DNA from: Camelus dromedarius
Taxonomy: Eukaryota
Assembly (NCBI RefSeq): GCF_036321535.1
Contig: NC_087436.1
Location: 13,330,001-13,394,000 of the forward strand
Length of the DNA stretch: 64,000 bases
Reading direction: 5' to 3'
Positions 53,197 through 64,000 of the stretch are shown one piece after another. The notes under the pieces are model-generated. The model ran no database searches and was not told where the DNA came from. It worked only from the letters and a program-made list of their open reading frames with translations. Numbering within the stretch: position 1 is the first letter of the stretch; each line of letters begins with the position of its first letter. The translations under genes were made by a program, and so were the position numbers.

Positions 53197-53685
53197 TGTA
53201 TCTGCTTGCTAGGGCTGCCATCACAAAGTACCACAGACTAGGAGGCTCAAACAACAGAAATTTATTTTCTCACAGTTCTGGAAGCTAGGATTCTACAATG
53301 TCAGTAAGGTTGGTTTCCTCTGAGGTTACTCTACTTGGTTTGAAGATGGCCATTTTCTTGTTGTGTCTTTTTTTTTTAAATTTTTTATTTAATGGAGGTA
53401 GTGGGGATTGAACCCAGGACCTCGAATGTGTTAAGCATGTGCTCTACCACTGAGCTATACCTTCCCCACTCCTTGTGTCTTCATTTTGTCTTTTCTTTGT
53501 GCATATCTGTATCTTAATCTCCTGGCTGTAAAAGGACCCCAATCATATTGGATTAGGGCACACCCTAATGACCTCATTTTAACTTAATTACCTCTTTAGT
53601 GACTTTATCTCCAGCCACATTCTGAGATCCTGGGGTTTAGAACTTCACAAATGAATTGGGGGAGTACACAACTCAGCCCATAACA
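53197..53685 (-). mobile_element. MaLR LTR (MLT1B/C-like) containing a SINE
   Basis: 'tgctagggctgccatcacaaagtaccacagactaggaggctcaaacaacagaaatttattttctcacagttctgg...actcagcccataaca'. Confidence 0.9.
53370..53467 (-). mobile_element. Vic-1-like tRNA-derived SINE
   Basis: Reverse complement 'ggggaaggtatagctcagtggtagagcacatgcttaacacattcgaggtcctgggttcaatcccc...' with A tail; direct repeat ttgtgtctt at 53361-53369 and 53473-53481. Confidence 0.9.
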
Positions 53686-54289
53686 AGGCTGATGAGAAAG
53701 ATGCCATAGATAATCATTAAAACCATGTCCTTAAGTAGGCAAGCAAGGATGGGATATGGTGCCTAAAGGGAGGAGTGGGCTGAAGACAGAACATGGATGA
53801 TTCATCCATTATAAAAAGAGAGAAAGCAGAGGACCTTGATATAGATATAGGTGGGTGGGTGAGTGTGGTGGGGAGCATACAGAAGTTCTCTTCTAGTTGC
53901 TTTTGTTTATTCAGTGAGTAAGGCAGCAAGGTCATCATCAGAGCATATGGCTGAGATAGGGATGTTGGAAGATTGAAAAGAGAACAGAAGGTCTGTAGTG
54001 GTCTTTTAGATGGTGAGGGATTGAATGGATACTAGGAAGATGTAGTATGGAAGCTGAGCCACTTGAGGTTAATGAACCTGGATAACAATTGAGACCAGTA
54101 GGCATGGATGTATTTTGCTGCCATGGTGTTTTGCTGCTAAGTTCAGGCCTGGAATAGACAAAGAATTAGATTTAACCAGAATAGTAAGGAGAAGGGCGAG
54201 TTTCTAGACAACTGTGACAAAAGTAGACTTGGGTAAGGGATTTGTGAGTAATAATGATGACAGACAATAGCATCTCTGCTGAAAAGGAG

Positions 54290-54669
54290 GTATTTTAGTT
54301 TCCTGGGGCTGCCATAACAAAATACCACAAACTGGGTGGCTTAAACAACAGAAATATATGCTTCACAGAAGCCAGAAGTCTGAAATCAAATTGGCTTTAT
54401 CAGGGATCTGAGGAAAGGGTCTGTTCCAGGCCTCTCTCCTTAGCATGTAGATGGTCATCTTCAGGTTCACATGGCATTCTCCCTGGGATGTCTGTCCCCT
54501 AATTTTCCTTTCTAATAAGGACATCAATCATTTTGAATTAGGGCCCACAGTAATGATCTCATTTTAACTTGATTACCTCTACAAGAATCCAGTTCAGGTC
54601 ACATTCTGAGGTACTATGGTGAGGACTTCACCATATAAATTTTAGGGAGACAAAATTAAGTCCATAACA
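54290..54669 (-). mobile_element. MaLR LTR (MLT1B/C-like)
   Basis: 'gtattttagtttcctggggctgccataacaaaataccacaaactgggtggcttaaacaacag...aattaagtccataaca'. Confidence 0.9.
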
Positions 54670-54731
54670 GAAGGGAATCCAGGACACTAAGTCAGGGGTA
54701 ACAGAAGGACAACTTAAAAATGGTAGATTAT

Positions 54732-56930
54732 CCATCTTAGGAAAATAGAAAAAGAAGAGCAAATTAAACCCAAAGTAAGGAGAAGAAAGGAAATACTAAG
54801 AGAGCAGAAATCAGTAAAACTGAAAATAGGAAATCAATAGAGAAAATCAATAAAACAAACCTAGTTTTTTGAAAAGATCAATAAAATTGGTAAGCCACTA
54901 GCGAGACTAATTAAGAAAAAGAGAGAGAAGACACAAATTACTACTATCAGAAGCGAAAAAAAGAGCTATCTCTATAGATTCTAAGGACATTAAAAGAATA
55001 ATAATGAAATGTTACTATGAGCAACTCTATGCCCACAAATTTGATAATATAGATAAAATGGACCAATTCCTTGAAAGATGCAATTTGCTAAAACTCACAC
55101 AAGAATAAATAGACACTCTGAATAGGCCTGTGTCTGTTAAGAAACTTAATCAGTAATTAATAACTTTCCAAAACAAAAAGCACCAGGTCCAGATGAGTTC
55201 ACTGATGAATTCTACCAAAGATTTAAGGAAGAAATTTTACCAATTCTCCACAATCTCTTTCAGAGGATAGAAGCAGATGGAATACTTCTTGACTTATTCT
55301 GCTAAGCCAGTATTACCCTTATACCAAAAACATTACAAGAAAATTACAGACCAGTATGTCTCATAAACATAAATGTAAAAATCCTCAACAAAATATTAGC
55401 AAATCAAAGCCAATGGTGTATAAAAAGAATTACATATTATAACCAAGTGGGATTTACCCCAAGACATACAAGTCTGATTCAACATTTAAAAAATCAATTA
55501 GCATAATCCATTGTATCAATAGGTTAAAAAAGAAAAATCACATGACTATATCAATAGTTGCAGAAAAAGCAGTTGACAAAATTGAACACATATTCATGAT
55601 AAAAACTCTCAATAAACTTAGGAATAGGGAAACTTCCTCAGCTTGATAAAGATTATCTACAAAAGACCTACATCTTGCACCATATTTAATAGTGAAACAC
55701 TTAAAACCTTCCCACCAAGATTAGATACAAGCAAAGGATAACACTTCTCACCATTCCTTTTCAACATCTTACTGGAAGTTCTACCTAATGCAATAAGACA
55801 AGAAAAAAAATTAAATGTATACAGATTGGGAAGAAATAAATAAAACTGTCTTTGTTCACAGATAACATGATTTGTATAGAACATGTGAAAAAAAATTAAC
55901 CAAAAAACTCCTGGAAATAATAAGCAATTATAACAAAGTTTCAAGATACAAAGTTAATAGACGAATGTCAATTGCTTTCCTATATATCATCAGTAAACAA
56001 GTGAAATTCAAAATTAAAAACACAGTTCCATTTATATAAGTATCTCCAAAAATGAAGTACTTGGGCATAAGTCTAATAAAATATGTACACAATCTATATC
56101 AGGAAAATTACAAAGCTCTGATGAACAAAATCAAAGAACTAAATAAATAGATGTTCCATGTTTGTGGATAAGAAGACTCAATATTGTCAAGATGTGAATT
56201 CTTCTCATCTTGATCTATAGAGATGATGCAATTCCAGTCAAAATCCCAGCAAGTTATTTTATGGGTATCAACAAACTGATTCTAAAGTTTATATGGAGGG
56301 TCAAAAGATCCAGAATAGTGAATGCAACATTGAAGGAGAGCAAAGTTGGAAGACTAATATTACCAGACTTTAAGAGTTACTATAAAGCTACAGTAATCAG
56401 GACAGTATGGTACTGGCAACAGAATAGACAAACAGATAAATGGAACAGAATAGAGAGCCCAGAAATAGACCCTAATAAATATAGTCAACAGATCTTTGAC
56501 AAAAGAACAAAGGCAATGCAAATGGAGTAAAGATATTCTTTTCAACAAATGATGCTGGAACAACTGGACATCCACATGCAAAAAATATAAATAAATCTAG
56601 ACACAGATTTTACACCCATCACAAAAACTAACTCAAAGTGGACTATAAAATGCTTAGACGATAACATAGGAAAAAACCTAGACGGCCTTGGTTATGTAGA
56701 TGACTTTTTTAAAAAAACAATACTAAAGGGACAATTCATTTAAAAAAATGATAAGCTGGACGTCATTAAAATTAAAAGCTTCTACTCTGCAAAAGACAAA
56801 GTCAAGAGAATGAGAAGAGAAGACAAGCCACATACTGGGATAAAATATTTACAAAAACACATCTGGTAAAGAACTGTAATCCAAAATATACAAAGGATTA
56901 TTGAAACTCAATAATTTTTTTTAAAAGCAA
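54732..56930 (+). mobile_element. L1 ORF2 (reverse transcriptase) remnant, degenerate, L1MC-like
   Basis: ORF 56210-56530 (...LILKFIWR...[38 protein letters not shown]) is L1 ORF2p; RT-region DNA with many stops and frameshifts. Confidence 0.93.
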
Positions 56931-59223
56931 ACAGCTCCTCCAGAAACAACCCCATGATGGAGAGCCTTCTGTGTACTGGATATCATTTCTTTGTGTAGAC
57001 ATTTAATCCTCATGACAAGTCTACTATAAAGACATGGAAATTGAAAATGGCTAAGTCCCTCGCCTCAACTACTTAAAGGTAGTGGCCAATGGTAGAGTAG
57101 GAAGACCCTGAGCTCACCTCCTCCCACAGGCACACCAGAATCACAACTATTTACAGAGCAACTATTTTTGAGACCAACACGTAGACTAGCAGAAAAGATT
57201 TTCTAGAACTAAAGATATAAAGAAGGGAACCACAGTGAGTCAGGTATGAGGGGTGGAGATACAATGTAGTCCAGAGCCATACCCCTGAATGGGTGACCCA
57301 CAGACAGGAGGATAATCACAATTGCAGGAGTTTTTGCCAAGCAGCAAGGAGTCTCAGCCCCACTTTGGGCTCCCCAGTCAGGGGCTCCTGCATGGGGAAG
57401 ACAAGCCCCCAGAACGTCTGGCTTCAAAGGCCAGCAGAGCTCAAGTATGGGAGAGCCAGAGGGCTGTAGGAAACAGAGTCTCCACTATCAAAGAGCATGC
57501 ACAAAACCTCACATGCTCTGAGTCTCAGCACAAAAGCAGCAATTTGAAAAGAGCTTGGCTCACGCCCACTTGCTGATTTTGGAAAAACTCTTGGAGAGAG
57601 CAAGAGGCAACTGGGATACCCCTGGGGACATAAATGCTAAAGGCAGCATTTTTTTTTTTTTTTGGAGCTTATTCTACTATAGACATTGATTGGTGCTGAC
57701 AGGTACCACCTTGGAATCATCCTTCTAGCTTATTAATGCCAAGGGTTTACTAGCCCACAAGCAGGCTGGCACCAGCCTCAGGCCACACAGCCAGCCACCC
57801 CAGGATCCAGCTCTTCCCACCAGCAGGCCAGCACTAGCCCCAGGACTGGCTCCACCCACCAATGTGGCCACAGCAATCAGCCCCATTACAAAAGAAGAGC
57901 CCGTACAGCCCGCATGAGGGGCACCACTAGAGCAATAGCCCTGGTGACTGGAGGGGTGTGCTGCTGGGCCCCATAGGGCATGCCCTACATAAAACCACTT
58001 CTCCGTAGCAATAAGCACAGAGAATTAAGCAAAATGAAAAGATGGAAAAGTATGTTCCAAGCAAAGCAAGAAGGCAAAACCTCAGAAAACAAACTAAATG
58101 AAGTGGACATAAGCAATCTACCTGACAAAGGGTTCAAGGTAATGATCATAAAGACTCTTACCAAGCTCAGGAAGAGAATGGATAAATGCAGTGAGAACTT
58201 CAAAAAAAGAGTTAGAATCTATTAAGAAGAACCAAACAGCACTAAAGAATACAATAATTTAAATTTTAAAATACACTAGAAGGAATCAACAGTAGATTAG
58301 ATGACATAGATGAACGAGTCAGCAAAATGGAAAGACAGAGTCATGAAAATCACCCAAGTTGAATAGAAAAAAGAAAAAAAAATTTTTGAAAGTGCAGATA
58401 GTTTAAGACACCTCTTAGTCTCTTAATAATATTAATTATAATATTAATTAATAAATAATGATAAGAGGGAGAGAAAGGGGCAGAGAAATTACTTGAAGAA
58501 ATGATAGCTGAAAGCTTCCATAACCTGGGGAAGGAAACAACAGACTTCCAGCTCCAGGAAGCACAGAGTCCCAAACAAGATGAACCCAAAGAAGTCCACA
58601 CCAAGACACATCAAAATTAAAATGGCAGTTTTTTTTTTTTTAAAAAAAAGGAGAATTATTAAAACAGCAAGAGAAAGGCAACTAGTTACATACAAGGGAA
58701 CTTCCATAAGACTATCAGCTGACTTTTCAGCAGAAATTTTGCAGACCGGAAGCAAGTAGCATGATATATTCAAAGTGATGAAAGGAAAAAACCTAGAACC
58801 AAGAATGCTCTAACTGGCTAGGCAATCATTCAGATATGAAGGAGAGAGAAAGACTTTCACAGACAAGCAAAAGCCAGAAGAGCGCACAAGCACCACTCAG
58901 CCAGCTTTACAAGAAACATTAAAGGGACTTCTCTAAGTGGAAAAGAAAAGACCACAACTAGAAGTGTGAAAGTTACACAAGGAAAACATTCATTGGTAAA
59001 GACAAATGTACAGTAAATGTAGTAGATCAACCCCTTATAAAGGTGGTAGGAGGTTAGAAGGCAAAAGCAGCAAAAATCATCTACATCCACAATTTGTTAA
59101 GAGATACCCAAAACGAAAAGATGTAAAATATGATGGCAGAAACATTAAATGCATTGCAGGAGAGTAAAAATGCAGAGTAGCTAGAATACATTTGAACTTA
59201 AGAGATCATCAACTTAAAAATTA

Positions 59224-59266
59224 TGTGTGTGTGTGTGTGTGTGTGTGTATGTATATATATATATAT
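59224..59266. repeat. (TG)n(TA)n microsatellite inside L1
   Basis: Directly visible. Confidence 0.9.
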
Positions 59267-59385
59267 GTTGTTCTATGTTAACCTTATGGTAACCACAAAC
59301 CAAAAAGAATTGATATACACACACAGAAAAAGAGAAAGAAATCCAAAGATAAAACTAGATAGTCATCAAATCACAAGAGAACAGT

Positions 59386-59525
59386 GGGGAGGGTATAGCT
59401 CAGTGGCAGAGTGCATGCCTAGCATGCACGAGGTCCTGGGTTCACTCCCCGGTATCTCCATTTAAATAAATAAATAATTAAATAAATAAACCTAATTATT
59501 TCCCCCCAGCTAAAAGAAAAAAAAA
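59386..59525 (+). mobile_element. Vic-1-like tRNA-derived SINE, long-tail form
   Basis: 'ggggagggtatagctcagtggcagagtgcatgcctagcatgcacgaggtcctgggttcactcccc...aaataaacctaattatttccccccagc' plus A tail. Confidence 0.92.
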
Positions 59526-60647
59526 TGAGAAAGGATAAAATACAACTGACACCACAGAAATACAAAGGATCGTAAGAGAGAACTATAAATAATCATGCAC
59601 AAATAAAATGCACAACCGAGACAAAATGGATTAACTTCTAGAAATGTACATTTTCCAAGACTGAACCAAGAAGAAATAAAAAACATGAACAGACCAATTA
59701 CCAGTAATTAAACTAAATCAGTAATAATAATTAAAAAAACTCCCCATCAAAAAAAGTCCAGCACCAGATGGTTTCACAGATGAATTCTCTCCAACATTTC
59801 AAGAAGAGTTAATACCTATCCTTCTCAAAATATTGAAGAGAAATGAACATTTCTGAAATCATTCTCAGGGCCAGCATCATCCTGATACCAAAATCAGACA
59901 AAGATACACACACACACAAAAGGAAAATTACTGGACAATATCACTAATGAACATAAAGGCAAATCAAATTCAACAATACATTAAAAGGATTCTACAGCAT
60001 GCATTTTCAAGTAGAATTTTTCCTAGGGATAAAAGGATGGTTCAATATCCACAGATGAATCAATGTGACACATTAATAAATAGAAGAATAAAAATCATAT
60101 GAGCATCTCATAGATGCTTTTGACAAAATTTAAAATCAATTTATGTAAAAACTTCCAACAAACTGCATAATAGAGGGAACTCAACATACCTCAACATAAT
60201 AAAGGCCATATATGACAAACCTACGGCCAACATCATACTCAACAGTGAAAAACTGAAAGCATTTCCTCTAAGATCAAGAACTTAACAAGGATGTCCACTC
60301 TTGCCACTTTCATTCAGCATCATATTGGAAGTTCTAATCACAGCTATCAGAGAAGAAAAAGAAATAAAGGAATCCAAATTGGAAAGGGAGAAATAAGATT
60401 GTCACTGTTTGCTGATGACATAGTATATGCAGAAAATCTTAAAGACTGCCACCAAAAAAAAAAAAACAAAAAAACCCAACTATTAGAAATAATAAATGAA
60501 TTCAGTAAAGTTGCAGGATTCAAAATTAATCTACAGAAATATATTGTGTTTCTATTCACTAACAATGAACTATCATAAAATACCTAGGAAAAACAAAATC
60601 TAACCAAGGAGATAAAATACCTGAATTCAGAAAACTATAAGACACTG

Positions 60648-61240
60648 ATGTTTCTAGAAGCTTTATTCAAAATTGCCAAAAGTTGGAAACAGCCAAGATG
60701 TCCTTCAGTAGGTGAAAAATATAATAAATTGTGATACTTCCAGACAGTGGAATATTGTCCTACCGTTTTTAAAATGGGCTGTCAAACCATGAAAATACAT
60801 GGAAGAATCTTAAATGCATATCACTAAGTGAGAGAAGCCGATCTGAAAAGGCTATACTTACTCTATGATTCCAACTGTATGAAACTGTGGAAAAGGCAAA
60901 AAATGGGAGACGGTAAAAGATCAGTGGTTGCTAAAGGTTCTTGGTGGGGGGGATGAATAAGCAGAGCACAGAGGAATTTTAGGGCAATGAAACTACACTG
61001 TATGATACTATAATGATGGATATATATCAGGACACGTTTTTCCAAACCCATAGAATGTACAACATTCCAATTAATTACAATGTGTCAGTGTAGGTTCATC
61101 AGTCGTAACAAATGTACCACTCTGGGGGAGGATGCTGATAAGGGGGGAGGCTATGCATGTGTGAGGGCAGGGGGTATATGGAAAAATCTGTGTATCTTCG
61201 TCTTAATTTTACTGTTAACCTAAAACTACTCTAAAAATGT
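60648..61240 (+). mobile_element. L1MC-like 3' end
   Basis: 'gctttattcaaaattgccaaaagttggaaacagccaagatgtccttcagtaggtga...aacaaatgtaccactctgg...aacctaaaactactctaaaaa'. Confidence 0.85.
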
Positions 61241-61769
61241 TTAGTCCTTTTTTTTAAGGAGTTCAAAGGATTGCTGGTCTTAGTGGGGTTTTAAGATTTG
61301 GGGAGGTAAGGACTAAAAGGAGGCATCTGAAAAAATAAGAGAGGAGGAAGCAGAGTGCAATGCTTGTAAAATTTTGCTTGACATTTGCATCCTGTTGGGA
61401 GCACTTGTACCCAATTCAGTCAATAGCCCACACGGATGGGTACCTCTAACCAACAGAGAGTTTCCAGTTTTCTCTGTTCTGTTTTTCTCAAGTGGAACTC
61501 TGTGTTGTTTACTTTACAGCCAGACTGATTTTTACTTGATGAAGCCTCAGGAGAATGTCAACATGTATCTCTAGAGATGACCTGGGCTTCTAAGCAGAAA
61601 AGAGAAGTTGCTGTTTGGTGACACAGAAAAGGTGAGATGACAGATCTGTGCCAGGTGGTGAATGATACATTGAAGAAGCACTTCCAGAAGCACCAGGAAA
61701 TCAGAAACCCTTTCTCAACATACATTTCCTGCTCTCTGTGCCAGACATCCCACTAGTATTGCTGTGGTT

Positions 61770-62945
61770 AGTTCAACAAAAAGTCACTGAGTTTCTACTA
61801 TGTCTCAGGCACTGTCCTAGGTGCTGGAGAGGTGAAGGTACCGAGCTAAGGAAGACATGCTCCCTGCCAGAAAAAGATTCATGAGATAAGAGGAGGCAAG
61901 AAGGACCAAGGTAAATTAACAAAAATTATAAAAACAGAGCAGGAAAAGTGGCATGACACAGACACAAAATAGCAGGAGGATGATGGGGAAACTATAAGGA
62001 CCAAAAGTTGTGGGATGGAAATTAAGAAGGGCTTTGTGGATAAGATACTGCCTGAGGCAGAGCTTGAAGAACAGAGAGAATTTCAATGATCTGTGTATCT
62101 GCCCGTGTCAAGACAGACTGGTTGAGATCTGTAGGATGTGTTTGGAGAATGATGAGCAGTTTAATTTGCTCAGTGTCAGAAAAGCTGAGAGGCATATGCA
62201 CAGAACCCAGGATGGAATCAGAACATCTGATGGTTTTTGAGCAAGCAGGTGGCATGATCAGAATGTGATCACATGATGAATATGCTGACAAAAGCACAGA
62301 AAATGGGCTGGAATAGAAAGCTGAAGGGGCAGGAACAGTTGGAAGGTGTCCTCATGACCTGGGCAAGACTGGTTGAAGGAACTGGGCAAGGGAGCACTGA
62401 TTGCACAATAGTGCAGAATTAGACTTGATAGGACTCCAAGTGAGTTGGTCATTTATTGACTGTGGGGGCCAATAAATGAGGAGGAGTTGGAGAGGACACC
62501 AAGGTTTTGAACTTGAGTGCTTGGAGGACATAGAGCTATTTACAGGTACAAGGACATTAAAGGAAGAACCTGGTTTGTGTCAAGATGATTTCTTTTTGAA
62601 CATGTTGAATTAAAGATGCTTGAGGACATCCAAGTGAAATCCCCTAGCTGCTGGTTGGAACCATGGGATCAGAGGTTGGGAAAGGAGATATGGGTAAAGG
62701 GGCAGAAATGTGGTTGTCTTTTTCACAGAGGAGTGATTAATATGCATAAAGTCTGATCATAGAACTTTGGTTAGAGAAAAACTTACAGAGAAAGAGATGG
62801 AAGAATTGGCGATAAAAATCAGAGAGAGGGTTTAATGAGGGAAGCAAATGAGGGAGGAGTACTCAACAACAATGCCAAATGCTGAAAGACATACATGTAA
62901 GTAAGAGAGCAGAACAAAGGGCTGGATTTAGCAGTTAGCGAGACA
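61770..62945 (-). mobile_element. L2 LINE remnant
   Basis: 'ttcaacaaaaagtcactgagtttctactatgtctcaggcactgtcctaggtgctggaga', 'ttttgaacatgttgaattaaagatgcttgaggacatccaagtg'. Confidence 0.7.
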
Positions 62946-64000
62946 ACGAAGAAACCTCAAGACGTCGAGAAAATAGACCATCCTGAACCATCAATCGTGG
63001 TCTGTCTTGCTATGTTTAAACAGGAGGCTGTCAGCCTCTGATTAAGAGCATCGATTCTGTTTTCAGACTCAAATCCCTGATCTTTTAAAGAGTTAAAAGC
63101 TCTTGGACAAGCAAGGCAAGCTCCCTTCCTCATATAGGAAGCCTTATATATATAAGACAATTTTATCTTCTTCATCTGTGAAAATGCAGGTTTTGTCCAG
63201 TGATCTAGGTGTTATTATTGATAATGCTCACTGCACTGAATGGGCTGGACACCTGAATGTTCTACTTAGCTCATTACACCTCATAGGTTAAGAAATATTC
63301 TTAGGGAAGAACTATATAACCAAAGGGAGCCCATATGTATTTCTCACAGGTTAAACACATGTTTCATATAATGTGTGCCATCCTCTCATCCCTCTACTTG
63401 CGTTCATTCCCAAACCAAGGATTAAAAAAAAAAGAAGAAAGAAAAAAAAAGCAGAATACAGAGTACAAAGGCAAGAAATTCTAATTCACTGATTAAAAAC
63501 TAGATGACCTTTTAAGGAAGTTATAGGGCTGCATGGTTACTATGGAAACAAGCAAAATGCAGACCTATGGAGATGATTCTAACATAACAACTACAAATGA
63601 ACATTTCCAAATACAAGGAGGTGTTCCTTTTCTATTCAAATGTGTGGGAAAGGGCAAATATACTCCAATCATCAGCCAAACCTGGACAATGTGCAATGTA
63701 ACAAATTAGATAAAGATGTTTGACGTTTCTCTTCTATAGTAAACTGAAGTGGTCATAAAATGCAAAATACTTTATCCCAAATGCGCTACAATTTTACAGG
63801 CTTAAGGCAAGGAGGAGAATGGAGTCTATTTCCTTCTCATTCTTGTTTAATTTTTTTTAATGACTAAAGGGCTAGTGAGAGTACAGGCTGACTCTGGTAT
63901 ATTTCTGGTGGGGTGAGGGCAGGGTTAAGAGTTCAGCCATTTTATTTTGCTTCTTAAGTAATTCTTATATCGTGTTTTTGCTGTTGCAGAGTGTGCACAA

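Larger units (their letters stand above)
52065..54285 (-). mobile_element. L2 LINE, interrupted by an MLT1 LTR
   Basis: Antisense L2 text ('ggaaagagcattccagatagagag', 'gggcagattctggatatatttggag', 'ctcaaggactaagccctggga') continuing after 53690. Confidence 0.65.
57088..60650 (+). mobile_element. Second L1: 5' UTR, degenerate ORF1 (~58033-58936) and internally deleted ORF2 (~59526-60650)
   Basis: 5' UTR start 'atggtagagtaggaagaccctgagctcacctcctccc'; ORF1p-like ISNLPDKGFKVMIIKTLTKLRKRMD; RT motif IKGIQIGK.EI.LSLFADD and INEFSKVAGFKIN in ORF 60291-60578. Confidence 0.92.

Noticed and set aside
59386..59460. tRNA-Ala-like genes (also at 13932, 30677, 53467)
   Set aside because: They have A-rich tails, TSDs on three copies and mutually divergent stems, so they are SINE heads.
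63960..64000. Possible splice acceptor at the window edge (tttttgctgttgcag)
   Set aside because: Only ~11 nt follow, too little to evaluate.

Overview
Eutherian mammalian genomic DNA, most likely camelid (inferred from four tRNA-derived SINEs of the Vic-1 type). The window is repeat-rich (L1, HAL1, L2, MIR, MLT/ERV LTRs). I could not identify an intact protein-coding gene, so it is intronic or intergenic, and nearly all track ORFs look like noise. The standout is a three-level nested retroposition at 13918-16512. A SINE with a perfect 14-bp TSD was split by a 5'-truncated processed pseudogene of PKM (M2 isoform, + strand, with its own TSD and A-rich tail). That PKM copy was in turn split by a near-full-length antisense processed pseudogene of RIMKLA. 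The inner insertion is non-canonical: no TSD, about 30 nt of PKM deleted, no L1-endonuclease target motif, and a 4-nt junction microhomology. Other notable structures are a 32-bp minisatellite that switches from a trimeric to a dimeric higher-order pattern, a 104-bp near-perfect inverted duplication, a SINE sitting where an L1 lost its endonuclease region, and a small fold-back hairpin insertion. Gene and repeat-family names come from recalled sequences, not database searches; old-repeat boundaries are approximate.
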